A stretch of 47,134 bases of DNA, filler included, from Streblomastix strix (Eukaryota), in NCBI GenBank assembly GCA_008636045.1. It is 2 parts of 2 records of this genome, joined end to end, with 100 filler letters (N's around TTAATTAATTAA, not from the genome) between each part and the next. Parts side by side here need not be neighbours in the genome. Positions count along the whole stretch, not along the records: positions 1 to 23,521 come from SNRW01000275.1; positions 23,622 to 47,134 come from SNRW01000276.1. One strand, given 5' to 3'. Both the position numbers and the translations under genes were made by a program. Position 1 is the first letter of the stretch; each line of letters begins with the position of its first letter. This document shows, piece by piece, positions 13,101 to 27,073 of this stretch. The notes below the pieces were generated by a model. The model ran no database searches. It was given only the letters and a program-made list of their open reading frames with translations, and was not told where the DNA came from.

Positions 13101-16100
13101 TATAAGCTATAACTAAGAAGATCGAATAAGAATTTGATGATCTTCATAATTAATTTGAATAATAAACATAAAAATTTTGTGCTCTTTATGCAGAAAACGA
13201 TAATTTGAAATAAGATCTTTTGAAAAGCGAGAAAGATAATGATGATCTTAAAAAGAAGAATAAAGAACTGACTCAAAAAATGATAGTTCTTCAAGCGGAA
13301 TACGATAAATTAAAAGCACAATTTGAGTAAAATGAAAAAGAATTGAATGAAGAATCTGAAAAGAATTCAGAATTAGATAAATAATACAAAGCTCTTCGAT
13401 CAGAAAATGATTAATTAAAAGTAGAATTTGAGAATGAACAAAAAAAGAATTCAGAATTAGAAAGTAAAGTTAAATCACTTCAAGGAGAATTAGATGAATC
13501 AAGAAATGCTAAAGAAGCATGCGACAAAGAAATTGATGAACTTAAAAAGAAATATAAAAATTTGAAAGAGAAATAAGATTAACTGAAAAGTGATTATGAT
13601 TAATTGAAAGCAGATTAATTAAAAACATTTTAAGAAAATGAAGATTTAAAGAAACAACTTGACGAATTTCAGAAAGAAAATGAAGAAAGATTGAATGCAA
13701 TTAAAATTGCTAATTAAAAAGATCTTGAAGAATAAAAAAGGAAATTTCTTGAGAAAGAATAAAAACATATTTAGAAAGAAAATAAAAAAAGGGAACAAGA
13801 ATTTCTTGATTTGAAGAATAGTTTTACAGAATAATTATAAGCCGAGAAAGACAAACTGAAAGATACTTCAAAAGAAAAAGATAAAATGTCATCAAAAATG
13901 TCAGCCCTTGAAGCTGAGATTGAACAATTAAAATTAGCTCGTATTTTAATATTATTAATTTTAATATTATTTGTCTTTCTATTATTTAAATATTTTTAAT
14001 ATTTTTTTTAATTATTTTATATATTTAATCTTATATAATAGTTGCTAATCTCAAAACTGCCATGAATGATTTGGATGGAGCCAATGTACTTGGAAAGTAT
14101 ATTATTATTATATTTATATTTATATTTTATTATTATTTTTTTTTATTTATTTATTTGTTATTAAATATTAGATATGAAAAGTTGAAGTGGTTTGGCGCAC
14201 CAGATCTGATGGATATTTAATACATTCGCATTCTTCTAGCAGCTGCAAAATACATGTATTTAAATAACTGATTTAAAAATTAAATAATTTATAAATTTTA
14301 TTATTATCAAATTAATTGATATATTTATTATACTCTTTTATTTTTTCAGTGATCCAACCCGATCACTATTTAAATTAGCTCTCGATTTGATGAGAAAAGA
14401 AGCACCGAATGTTGAACCTAAAATCAAATTGCTGATTTGCAAAGCCAGAGTATTTGAAGATCTTTCACAAATACTTGAAGGAAATTGGGCAGTATGAATA
14501 AAATTTAATTTATTATAAACGAAATGAAATTATTATTTTATATAATTTTTATTAAGTCTTTCACAGGTGAAGTTGTTTGTACAATAGTTGATGGACTTCT
14601 GAAAGATAACAAAGAAGGATTAGAACATGTACTCACATCAAAAATGATTAACGGACTCAAAAAAGTATTTTTGAAATAATAATGAAAATATAACATTTAA
14701 TTATTAATTATATATTATAAATTATTTTATTTGTTATTTATTTATTTTTTAGGTCCTTTCTGTTGAGCATAGCAAGATAAAAAGAGTTCATATAGCTGCA
14801 CTTGCTCGAGTTGTTATTTGTGGCAGTGATGAACAAGTTTGTCAATTTAAATTTTCTTAATATTTTCAATATTTAATAATTAATAATTTTCAATTGATTT
14901 TTTATTATTAAAAAATAATTTATTTTCTTGCATAATTTTTATTATTTTAAATAGAGAGAAGAACTTTACAAAATGAATGTACTTCCATCTCTTGTTTCCC
15001 AATTCACACATTCAGATAAGCATGTTGTTGATGACGCTGTTGTAGCTGTGAATAACTTAGCACTTAGTTTGCATATATATTATTTATATATTTATTTTCA
15101 TTATATTTTTATTTAATTTAACACAATATTTTATCAATTTACAAAAAGGTGGAGCGCGGCATGCCGATCCAGAAGCCAAACATCCATGGCTAGAAATTAT
15201 GAATAAAAATGGATTAGATGGAGTTTCATAGCTGTTCAGAGTATTTTTTTTTTGTATTTGTTCAAAGCTTAAATAATTAAATATTAAATTTCATTAATAA
15301 TCTTAATGATTATATTTTATTAATATATATTAAATATATTTTAATCCTAGATATTTAATAACCCAGAAGATGTAAACACAAAGCGAAATGCAGCTATCTG
15401 TATTGGCCGCCTTTACAAAGCACTTCCACTTCCAACGTTTGTAAATATCAATAAATCATAAAAATTAATATATTTAAATCTTTTTCAAATATTTATCTAT
15501 TTATTTATTTAATGCATCAGAGCGTATAGAGTCGTAATTCCCTGTTTGCAAGACCTCTCTATTGGACCAGAGAAAATCTTAGCTTGGAATAGTGTTGGAA
15601 CACTTGGATATCTGGCAATTAATGAATGTATGAATATATAAAGTAAACCTAATAACATTAATGATTTTATATAAAAAAAATTAATGATTAAATATATAAA
15701 AAATTTAAATAATAAATAAATATTATTTTATTTTTAAATTTTTACTTTATACAAACGTTACTTCATAAAGCAAACCACGTTGATATTATCAAAAATGATT
15801 TTATTCCTAAAGTCATAAACAATTTGAATAATAAAGTTGAAGGTCTTATTCACTACACATTAACATTCTTGCTGACCCTATCTAAAAATGGTTTGTTTAA
15901 TAATTATGAATTTATATTATTATTTTTCTTTCTTCTTTCTTTATTATTAATAAAAAGGAACTTCCGCAACTCGTACACTTGTGAAGAAGAATGTCCCTCT
16001 TCCGCGGTATTAAAAATAAAAAATAACTTCAATAAATCATAATTTTAAAAATATTTTTTATCTCTTTAATTATTCTCTTATTCTTTATGTATTAATTAAT

Positions 16101-16184
16101 ATATACAGAATAAAAGCGCTATCAACTCATCCGGATGAGAATGTAATGACTTCTGCATAATCACTTTTAACCCATCTGAAATGA
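10164..16184 (+). CDS. Large multi-exon protein: long coiled-coil (exon ~10640-13940) followed by ARM/HEAT-like helical exons
   Basis: A ~3.3-kb E/K/Q/L-rich heptad frame is open only if TAA/TAG=Gln. Many short AT-rich GT-AG introns follow. Later exons read e.g. VLPSLVSQFTHSDKHVVDDAVVAVNNLAL and KRNAAICIGRLYKA, ending ...LLTHLK-TGA at 16182-16184. One in-frame TGA at 10763-10765. Confidence 0.7.
11650..12850 (+). repeat. Internal ~600-bp tandem duplication in the coiled-coil exon
   Basis: 11682-11975 and 12282-12575 are near-identical at an offset of exactly 600 bp (200 codons). Confidence 0.85.
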
Positions 16185-16665
16185 AAAAAGATAATTGAGA
16201 TAATTATTGTGTTGATTGAAATCCTTATTTTGATTCAACAGATCATTATTATTTCATTTGCAAAGTTCATTATTGTGTTATATCTTCGCGTCAAATATAA
16301 TTTGAATCAGAACATTTGCTTATGAAACTAATATGGTTAGTTGGATCTGAGGATGGATGAAGATTTGGTTTTTATTGTTTTCATTTTCTGTTGATTACAT
16401 TTTTATTAAAGTTGCGTGTTTGTATTTGCTTTATATTTTAATCAATATTTGTAAATAGTTTGATAATATTGTTTAATTCGAATTTAGAAATTGATATTTG
16501 AATACAGTATTCGGGGATTTTAAATAAAATGAAGAGAATATAACAAAAAAATTTGTAATTAATTTTTTTTTGTAATTGGAAGTAATATATTTATTGTTTT
16601 TGTATATACTTCTTAAATTAAAAACGCTTATTGCCGAATTCCTTTTACTTAATTACAGCAATATA

Positions 16666-19600
16666 TCACTCTGAGATAAAAAAGCTCTTTAACATCATTC
16701 TTTTTTTCATATTTTGCAGCCAATATTATCATTGTCTTAATCATTCTTCTAAACTTCTATATCAGAATCTTTCAAATTATCAGAAACTGCTTATTAACGG
16801 AATTTCAAGTACATTTCAGCCCATTCATCAAAACTGGAAAATGTTGTTTTCTTATCTAATATATCTTCATCTTTCTTTTCGTTTACCACTAACATATCAA
16901 AATACTGTAATTAAATTCATATTAATTAATTAATAATAAATAAATAATAATAATTAACTAATAATTCAAATATATTATTGATTAAACCTCTTCATTTGCT
17001 TTAAGAGCACTTTCATGAAAAAGAAAACGATTTGGGAAATATTCAGGAAAACACGAAAAGAATGAATAAGGCAGATTCTATACTATTGATGGAATTTGAT
17101 GAGTTTATTGATATTCTTTAATTAATGATACCAATGCGGATTATTAATTAGAAATGTCAGTGTTTATTATGTCTTTATTATTAATATTTGAAGTATTATT
17201 ATTATCATCATCATTTGAAATCAGAACTTTTTCACCTTTTTCTTTCTGTTATTATTTCTCTTTTTCAATCAAATCTTCAATTATTTCTTCCTTTTTATTC
17301 ATTTTCTCTTATTTTAATTCAGTTTCTTTCTTCTTTACCATATCTTTGTATATTTTCCAGGTATGATAAGGAATGAGAGCTTCAATTATATTGTTTATGA
17401 ACCCTAATAAATATAAATTATATTAAAATAAAATAAAATAAAATAAATTATGGATATTTGAATAATAATAAATAATATCTAAATTAAAAAATAAATTAAT
17501 AAAATAACTGAATAATTTCTATATATTACTTTATTAAATCTAAATTAAATTAATATAATATATATTAAAATTATATATAACCTCTATCATATTTGTTCTT
17601 TTAATCAACTTTCACATTTTTAATATCATCAATAAGTTCAGATATTTATTCTTGTGAAAGAGGCTCACTATATATTTTCATGAGTAAGAATGAAATTTCA
17701 TTAAAATTTATTAATTAAATGAAAATAATAATATAAATAATAATAATATAAATAATAATATTGAAAATAATAATAATAATAATAAAACATACATTAATTC
17801 TATCCTACCAGCAACAATGTCTACAGCATTTTGTTTATCTTTCTTGATATACTTTTTAACCTGTAAGAATATTAATAAATAATTAAAATATAAATTTAGA
17901 CTAATACACATATAATAAACAAATTACTATAAATCAATATTTATATATCAATGATGAATCAAACAATATGATCTTCCCATTGTGTCATATTTTATATCAT
18001 TTCTTTAGTGTGTATAATAAGCAATTAGAAACTTGGAAAGAAAATAACGAAGTTGTACAGTGCAGTAAGTGCAGTTCCAAGATGGTTATTTCTAACAGCC
18101 TGGTTATATATTAATAATGATGTATTATTTTATTATAGAAAAAGAAAGAAAGAATATAAAAAAAATTGAAGTTTTATTTTGTGTGTTTAAAGAAATGTTA
18201 TAAAATGCATCAATAATAAAAATAATTTTAAAATTATTACTTATTTATAAGTTTTATTTTTATTCTAAAATTTTCAGATTGCATACTACTAAATTAATCA
18301 TAAATGCTTCTTTAAATACTTTAAAATCTTTAATCTGCTTCAATTTGGTCATTGCTTCTATGGATTATTAGTTTTTAATAAGAAACTTCGCGATTATAAC
18401 TATGCAAAGAATTGCTTTTTAATAATAATAACAAGTAAATAATAAAATAATACAGTTAATAAATAATAAATAATATCATCCAATCATGTTTTCTATATTA
18501 AATTAAAAATAAATTAACTTATATTATATAATATATTCATAATCATACTCATATAAGAACAAGTTATTGACACTAATGAAAGGAAGAAATAGAAATAGCG
18601 GAAATTGCCCTCACCAACACTGTGAGAAATAAATAAGGAAATTAAATAAGGATATTAAATACAATTAAAATATAAATAAATAAAGACTATTAAATTTGTT
18701 TATCAAGATTAAATATTTACCAATATTCATTGTTAATATTAAGTTATTTGGTAACTATTTATATATTCAATTGTGCATTAATTATTAACTAAGAAACCTC
18801 TTTGATATCCAGGCGCAAAAATGGTCAAAACGAGCGATGCATTAACCAGTAACACCACAGTGTCTTGATCTTGCTGGTCTAATTAATAATAAATATTAAA
18901 TATTAAAAATATTAAATATTAAAAATATAAATATAAATATAAATACAACAATAAGGACACATTTATAATAATATAATAAATATTTATTCATATATCACAT
19001 ATATTTTCATTAATATAAATATCATACTGTACAATTCCACACTTTTTGCAGTAACGCACTCTCGTATCAAACAATCCTTCATAAGGATATATAAGTTCAT
19101 ATGCATCAACATTTGTCTTGTCAATCTTTCCATTGTAAGCGACATTAGCCATAATAAAGGATAAGATTTCCAATGCAAATATAATAGGGGATGTGTATCT
19201 GATTTAATATAATTGTAAAGAAAAAATTGTTTAATTTATGAAAAATAAATAAAGAAAGAAGATGGTAATCATTTTACTATAGTTAATTATCATATATTAG
19301 CTAAATATATAAATCACATCCATACTTATGTATTTAGCTTACAATTCCAATGTTGATATTGGGAAGCATATAAAAATAATACAGAATAATGACACCAAGT
19401 TGCAGAGTTGAACAGAGAGTCTAATAAGAGAATAGTAGTAATTGAATAGTATGAAAATATTTATAAAAAATTTAATTAAAAATTTTTGAAAATTATATAA
19501 TATTAATTATATTACAAAATTTAAACCTACAAATAATGATGCTAAGTGAACCATAACCAGTAATCAAAACGAGTATATAACCCTTTAATCTCATCTGATT

Positions 19601-19751
19601 CATCGTCTTTTTCTTTCCCAAAAAGGAAAATATGTAATTTTCCAATGAATGTTCCACGATAACGAGGTTTTCCGCCTTTATTACGAAGGAGTATAAAACC
19701 TTCAACCAGTAAATAGATTGTAATTACTGCAATATCAGTTTTAATATGCAT
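16666..19751 (-). CDS. DHHC-family S-palmitoyltransferase (Swf1/ZDHHC4-like) with DHFC motif; multi-exon, start uncertain (may extend to ~20100)
   Basis: Spliced translation YCKKCGIVQ|PARSRHCGVTGQCIARFDHFCAWISK|VGEGNFRYF, flanking TM segments, and a TTxE-like NMTQWE. The terminal TGA is inferred at 16666-16668. Confidence 0.75.
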
Positions 19752-20311
19752 TCTAAAATAAAAATATTATGATAAGATATAAGATATATAAAATATATTG
19801 TATTCTTTATACAAATGCACTTACTCCAAGCGCTACAAACAATTTATTTAAAAATATTTAATGATAATAAAAAAATTTGTTTTAATTAATATAAAACGTA
19901 TTAAATTATAACATATTAATTATTTATTTATTACCCTTTTAAAGAAATTGTATTTGGATAGTAACATAGTGTAAAAAAACTGAATAAAATACAAATATTT
20001 TCGTAAGCCAATGATGCATTATTTCAATCAATATAACTACAATTTGCAAGTTTCGGACATTTTTATAAAATAAGTACAAGAATAAAACAGTAAAAGTTAA
20101 TTGGAACAACAATTATCCACGTTTTAAAAGTAGCTAAAAAGTAATGTAATCCCTAATATTATACTCAAATTACATTATTAAGATAAATAGTTAATTGTAT
20201 GTATTACATTAAATAGAATTTTATATTCACACGCGACAAGCATGCGATTGTCCCTTCAATTAGAAAAAATTAGGGATTTCTAAATAAAAATATTCAGCTT
20301 TAAACCTCAGG

Positions 20312-22507
20312 ATGAGGCTATTTTCGCTTTATGTGGTAGTATTGCTAATGATGAACATTATTCATGTTTGTGCCGTAGCCAATGTGAAAACACTTGAAGG
20401 CGCAATGGGATGGGGAGAAACTGACATGAAAAAGAAAATTGTACATCTTAGCGAAGGGAGATACCTCACAAACGGCCTTGATGTTGCTCGTAAGCATTTA
20501 TCACTTCATGGTTCTAAACATACTGAAATTTAGCCAGATGGTACTGCTTCTCAGAAAGCAATATTCGCTGGTGAAGAAGCTCACATTTCTCTGTAAAATT
20601 TGCGATTTAAAACAGCTGGAAGTCTTATAGCAATTGTTGAAAGAAATTCAAAGATTGTATTTGAAAGAAACACACTTATTGGTATAACAATTGGCAACTG
20701 TTTCGAAATTAATGGAGGAGAATTGATCATTTCAAATCTAAAACTTGAATTCGAAAATATTAATGATAGGAGAATTTCAAATCTTGTAAACTTTGGCAAT
20801 CTTAGTGGTAAATTACATGTATTAAAGACTTCAATAAGTAATATAGTAGTTTATGGAGATAGACCATTATTCGGAGATGGAATAGAAGGTGAAATTTCTC
20901 TTACAAACTGCAAGTTTAATCAGGTACACATTGACAATAGCAGTACTTCTAATTTTGTAAACAATATTATTGGATCATAGAATGTATTTATATAAGACTG
21001 TAAATTCATTGATGTAGAGAATGCGCTGGTAGGAGGAGTTGTAAATGGTCTTAACAGTAATGGAAATCTTTAGGTTGTTAAATCATTATTCAAGAGCTGT
21101 CACAACACAAAACATATAACTGAGAGTGTTTCTAATAAAGGATATCATTCTGATATAGTAACTGGTAATGCTGTATTCAAAGATGATACATTTGAATACT
21201 GTAGTTCATAAGACTTTGGTGGATCAATCCCTTTCATTAGTAATGGAAATTTGATTATAAAAAATGTTAGATTCAGAAGATGCACAAGTTATGGGGGTAA
21301 AGGAGGTGCTATTTACTTTGAAGGGAATGGTGAACTATCAATAAATGATGTCTCATTCAAAGAATGCAGATCTTTAGGATAAAATATAGGATAAGGTGGA
21401 GCGATCTATATTGAAGGTAATGGATATCATGCAATTAGAGAAGTATCATTTAAAGGATGTTAAGTTTCTGGAAAAGAAACCAGTTAAGGAGGAACAATCT
21501 ATTCAAAAGGTGGATTGAATAAATTCTCAGATGTATCAATTAAACAGTCTTCAGCTTCAATAACAGGATCCTCATTATCAAGTATAGATACAGATTAATA
21601 CTCATCTTTAGGAGGTGGGATAATGGCAATTGATTGGTTGAATGGATCTGTTATATCTGATGTATCATTCAAATCGTGTGTTGCTGGTTCTGGTGGAGGA
21701 ATCTATTTGGATTCTGCTTCTGATCGTGTAAAATTCTCAGATGTCAGATTCTTTAAGAATATCGCAAGTGTTTCTGGAGGAGGTGCAATATTTTCTAGAG
21801 ACACGAATATGATTTATTTGAGGTTATGCAAATTCTCTAAGAATTAAGCATCTGGATCAGAATATGGAAGTGATTTGCATTTCAGTGCGTTGGGATTGAA
21901 TTCTTAAAACGCAGATATACTGCAAATTAAGAAAGATATTATATACAAATCCAAATCAAGCAGTGCTGGATCTAGAGTATATATTGCTGGTATAGGATAA
22001 TAAATTGATTGGCTTCCTGATCCAAAAGTTTGGCCAATACCAATTTGGGAAGAAATATTATTGAATGTTGCAACAGGTATTGTTGTATGTGCTATTATCG
22101 CACTTTACATTTGTTTTTGTTACAAATGTTGTGGGAAATGTTGTTGTGAATGTTGTGGGAAATGTTGTTAAGAACATCGTTAAATTATTAATGTTAATTA
22201 GAACCAATAAATGTAATAAATGCAACAAAGAAATGGGAATAGAGATGTTATTGTATCTGATAATGCATATATACCACAATATGGAGCATAATAACCATAT
22301 CCAACTTTATAAGCAAATCCTACATATCAATATCCTTCATAATAGAATGAGTTTCCTCTTCCTCCTCTACTGCAGAATCAAAGCAATGATAATACATAAG
22401 TTCAATACAAACCATATTAATTAGAATAGTAATTCAATGCAATGTTTTCACAACCTCCACCTCAGAATCTACAGATACCTTTTGGAAAAGAAGATTTCCT
22501 TCAATGA
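20312..22507 (+). CDS. Intronless type I membrane protein (731 aa) with GGA(I)-repeat beta-helix (Pmp/pectin-lyase-like) ectodomain, TM, Cys cluster and P/Q/Y-rich tail
   Basis: Single ATG-to-TGA frame with TAR=Gln. Signal peptide MRLFSLYVVVLLMMNIIHVCA; repeats GGAIYF, GGAIYI, GGTIYS, GGGIYL and GGAIFS alternating with FxxC/FxxN; TM followed by CFCYKCCGKCCCECCGKCC. Confidence 0.8.
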
Positions 22508-22757
22508 GTTTTATTTTTATTTGTTTTGTTTAATCAATACACTTTTTTGCACACATTCACAATTGTTTAAATATATGTTGAATAAAGTTGATATTAATTA
22601 CAATCTTGTTTAAATTTAGTTTAGAATAATTTCTATTAATAAATTATTAAAAAAAATTTAAAAGCTCAATTACAACTCTATTGCTTTTTATTTATTAATA
22701 ATTAAATAAATACAATCAAAATAAGATAAAGCTTACTAATGAATTATTATTTAAAAC

Positions 22758-23521
22758 TCATAGAAACTCTTTAACATTAAAAACTTCATTGAGTCCATAT
22801 TTGTATATTATATTTTCTTTACTATTTATGTTATCCTTTTTCTTCAAATCAAATTATTTAATAATTCTTATGCATAAATTTAGACAGAAAAATTTCTTCT
22901 TGTATCGGTGTGAAAAATCAATGCATCATCTTCTTCAACAATTCCCTTCTCTTCTATCCAGATTTTAAATTCATTTAATAATTTCTATGCTTTTTAATTT
23001 TCTTTCTTTTCATCAAGAATTTTAATTAGTTTTGAATGAAAATAAATATCTGTACGTAATACTTCATCATCATCAATACCTTCTCCTGCAGAATTCATCA
23101 AATTTGAAATAATCTGAAGAATATTCAATTTATTAATCATCAAATCAATCCCTTTTATAGATACATTTTTTACTAAAGTTGTTATTAACAAAAATGTTCT
23201 AAATAATGTCTATGAATGTTACTCTGATTTAAAATGATTCATTTTTATATATTATATTTATTGAAGAATCTATTTTAAGAGATTTGGCTCAATCATAAAT
23301 TAATGCATTATTTAAACAGAATTATAAACCAGATCTTTTAGAATTGAAAGTGCAGAATTTAATTAGTAAGAAGATTATTAGACAGATTGAAATTATTATT
23401 AAGTATCCTATTAATCAGAAAATGATTTTTTAATTTTGTTATTTGGATCAATATTTGAATAAATGAAAGGAATAAGATGACCTAATATATTGTGCATGGA
23501 GTTAAATTTTTCAATTGTTTG
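22758..23521 (-). CDS. 3' part of a hypothetical helical-repeat host protein, truncated by the gap
   Basis: The minus frame is open with TAR=Gln (...ILQIISNLMNSAGEGIDDDEVLRTDIYFHSKLIKIL...LNEVFNVKEFL-TGA). Confidence 0.5.
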
Positions 23522-23621
23522 NNNNNNNNNNNNNNNNNNNNNNNNNNNNNNNNNNNNNNNNNNNNTTAATTAATTAANNNNNNNNNNNNNNNNNNNNNNN
23601 NNNNNNNNNNNNNNNNNNNNN
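23522..23621. other. Artificial contig linker: N44-TTAATTAATTAA-N44
   Basis: A symmetric N run with a 12-mer carrying standard-code stops in all six frames. The two sides need not be adjacent in the genome. Confidence 0.9.
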
Positions 23622-24113
23622 AAAAGATTTGATGAAATATTCCGTTGGTAATTAATTCAATATCTCTGCGGCTGCATATTCTTAATCTAAATACTCTTCT
23701 GCGCTTTAACTCTTTACTGCTATTAATTTATCTGAATATATGAAATTAAAATAATTGAAAATAATATTTTTAATGAAACAAAGAAAATAATATATCAAAT
23801 GAAATAAAAAAGAATATTGAATATAATGAAAAATATTTTTAAATTTTTAAAGAAAGCAATAAAGAGAATAAAAAAAACCATTTAAGTCCTGAGCATGATA
23901 AACACGGCCCCACTCTCCAGCTCCCAAAGGCTATGGGTTCTACATATAATAAAATCAAAACAATTATATTATTTATATTAAAGAAATATGAATAACCTTT
24001 AAGCCAAGAAGCTGAGAAATTGCAATCTAATCTTATCTGATCAACTCTTGCTTCTCAGGAGAGAGTTTGCTCATAATATGAAGCTTATCTTATGGTGATC
24101 TTTACTGCAACAT
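23622..24113 (-). CDS. Mirror copy of the kinase 5' fragment
   Basis: Reverse complement of 46643-47134. Confidence 0.7.
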
Positions 24114-24392
24114 AAAAAAGATAAATTATTATTTATGCAATGTTAAAATGTGGGTGAAAAAATGATTATTATGTAGATATCATAAAATGCCACGTTAGTC
24201 AAACAAATATATAGAAAAATTATTTCACTCGGATTAAATGTTAGTTAAAATGACAGTAAATATATAATTTTATAGACAAATGCAAGGACACAAATTTTTT
24301 TGTAAGTACTTAAAAATTCTTAAAGGGATCACTGTTTAAAAGCAATTTTCTAAAATAATAATATAGGAAAGACGGGCGTCGTGTCAACATCT

Positions 24393-24690
24393 AATTTTTT
24401 GTCTACCAAGGCTAATCAACGAGTGATTTGCGTTTTAGACATCAAAAATGATGTCATCAAATTGGTAGACATGGTTTTTAGCGTCAAATTTAGTAAATCA
24501 ACGAGAGATTACTGTTTTGAAGAGCTCATTTTACATAACGTTTGAAAACGTGTTTCAACGAGCGATTTCATCTGGTAGACAAAAAATTAAGCATGTTTCG
24601 CATCTGGTAGAGCAAAAATTAACCAAATTTCGCATTGGTAGAGCTCAGTTTTGATGTCTTCTCTGGCTCATCGCTCGTTGATTTACTAAA
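24393..24690. repeat. Mirror copy of the subterminal nested repeat block
   Basis: AATTTTTTGTCTACCA (24393-24408) pairs with TGGTAGACAAAAAATT (24573-24588); TTTAGTAAATCAACGAG (24489-24505) pairs with CTCGTTGATTTACTAAA (24674-24690). Confidence 0.75.
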
Positions 24691-24783
24691 AATATTGTGA
24701 TTAGAATATATGTAAATATAAATAAAAATAATGGTAAATAAAAAAAATTAAAAAAAAATATTAATTAAATATTTTTAATTTAT

Positions 24784-25485
24784 TCAATCATCTCCTTCAT
24801 TACCATAATCGATATAATCTTCATCATCAATATCAACTTATGAATCAATTTCATTATCATCAAAATCAAAATCTTGTTCGTCTAATGGATCATTTAATCG
24901 ATAGTGTTAAAAGTATCTTGATTAATCATTTGGATTAGGATTGATAGTATCATCTTAGATTTTATTAGGAATTATATTAGGAACACCATAATCATTAGGT
25001 ACTAAGATGGATTTGTTGATTTCATAGTAAAATCCATCTTGGTCACCTAGTACTTCATTTAAATCATTAGGAACATTATAAATAACCAATAATTAATTCA
25101 ATGTTTTATCTTTGTTGCTATTAATTATTACTTCTAATTCTTTTTAATTAATTTTCAGGAAATTTTTTAAAATAAATTTAGTTCGTTAGATATTTAAATC
25201 AATATCTTAATAAATTTAATAATATTTATCTGATAAATTATCATCATCTTCAGCTTCTGTTCTATTTCCTAGATACATTGCTCTTTTAATAATATAATTA
25301 AGATTTTTAATACTTATATTCACTATATCTGTTTTCTTAATTAGTTACTTTAATTCATCTAACTTTTCGTGGGAAATCATATAAAATTTACGAGTGCAAT
25401 TGATAACATCACGTTTCAAAACATTATCGATGAAAGTATTTGCGAAAATTTATGCAGGAGATAGCGTAAAATTTGACTTTTTCAT
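24784..25485 (-). CDS. Mirror copy of the acidic-tail hypothetical protein
   Basis: Reverse complement of 45271-45972. Confidence 0.6.
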
Positions 25486-25750
25486 TTTTCTTAACCGTCT
25501 TTCGAAGAAAATTAAAATGAATTTTCAAATGAAAAAGTTCATTAGTGAAAAAATTTCAATAAAAATTTTTTAGAAAAAATTTAAAAAATAAAATTAATAA
25601 TAAAAATCATTTAATTTATTAGATTGTTTAACTACGAATTTACAAGTGATTTTTTCAAAATCGAAGATTTAGCGACGAACTTCGTGTAGTCGCATTCATA
25701 AGATCTTTAAAGTAATAGCAAAGTACTCTTACGAAGAATTTTAAGTAGAA

Positions 25751-26527
25751 ATGTCATTAACAAAGCATGTTAACTCTCTTTTAGAGAATATCAATGAAAA
25801 TAGACATGATACATAGTCTATCATTCATCCAGAGATAAATTTTACATATAATTCTATAAATCTACTCATTGGATAACGAAGTAGCGGAAAGACTTATAAC
25901 GTCTTCAAAGAAATAATTAAATTAAGTTAGTTGAAAAATCATTGTTACACTTTATTTATCTATGTAACTGACACTAATAATGACTAAACATATAAGAAAA
26001 TGAAAAATTTGATTAAGATACCTACAAAAATAATAACATATTCATAAGCAGATGCTACACTTGATGATCTAATAGAATGTAAATAAGCGTATGATTAAGT
26101 AATTGAATAACATCTTACTGATTAATTAGACGAAACATCTCGCAAAGAAATTCTTGATGCTGTTGGAGCTACAGATTTCAAAATTAAATCTCCTCATACT
26201 ATTGTTTTATTTGATGATGCAATGTCCATTTTCAAAAATAAGATGAGCCCACTTTTCAAGAAGCTATTTAAGAATAGATAACCAAGAATTACTTATTTCC
26301 TTTGTTTACAAGATATTATAGGATTAGATGCAGCAATTAAGTCAAATGTGGATTCAATTTATTTCTTTGGTGCATTTAAAAGATAGAAATTCAATTTATT
26401 CTTCTATTAATCATCAATTCCAATTGATAAGGAAGAACTTTGGAGTTAGTATGTATAACTTGCAAAAAGAGAAGCATTATTGGTTAAATATAATGAAGAT
26501 GGTACTACTATATCGGTCATATAATGA
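25751..26527 (+). CDS. Mirror copy of the A32-type packaging ATPase
   Basis: ATG 25751 to TGA 26525-26527; Walker A is encoded gga TAA cga agt agc gga aag act. Confidence 0.88.
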
Positions 26528-26540
26528 TATAAAATAATTT

Positions 26541-26939
26541 TCAATTCAAATCTTCTTCAGTTATTATATTTTTACTTAATAAAGCAGCAATTAATGATTC
26601 TAGCCTTTGGTCAAGATTCTACATCTAATCAATAGTTTCTGATTATCTTTCCAATTTTTATTCTTTTGGCCATAATCGCAAAGATATTTATCCTTTCAAT
26701 CTTATAATTCTATAACCTCCTTTAATTTTAAATTACATATTCAATTTCAATGTTGACATTTTTTCCATTTCTGCCTTGTTTAATGCTAGATATTACTTGA
26801 ACTCCGTTACATTCTCAAATACTATGGGATCTGGATTAAATTTCTCCATGATTTATATTTCTGGAATGATTTCAACGGATAACTTTAATGGAGTCCTAGT
26901 GCGACTACCTGCACGATTATCAAAGATAATTCGAGTCAT
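26541..26939 (-). CDS. Mirror copy of the 132-aa hypothetical protein
   Basis: Reverse complement of 43817-44215. Confidence 0.6.
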
Positions 26940-27073
26940 CTTGAGTCACAATGTGTCGCAATGTTTCATTACAAGAAAAATAATTAGTTATCATATTATA
27001 ATCAGAAATGCGAAGCATTATTGCGACTATGTCAACTTGTCGCTAAATCTTTGATTTTGTAAACTTACAGTTT

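Noticed and set aside
11056..13294. Hydrophobic minus-strand ORFs in the track
   Set aside because: They are antisense shadows of the E/K-rich coiled-coil exon. The same applies to the His/Leu-rich shadows over the fibre repeats and the plus-strand ORFs over the DIRS element.
23566..23577. TTAATTAATTAA as a biological site
   Set aside because: It is centred in a symmetric N run and is a typical six-frame-stop contig linker.
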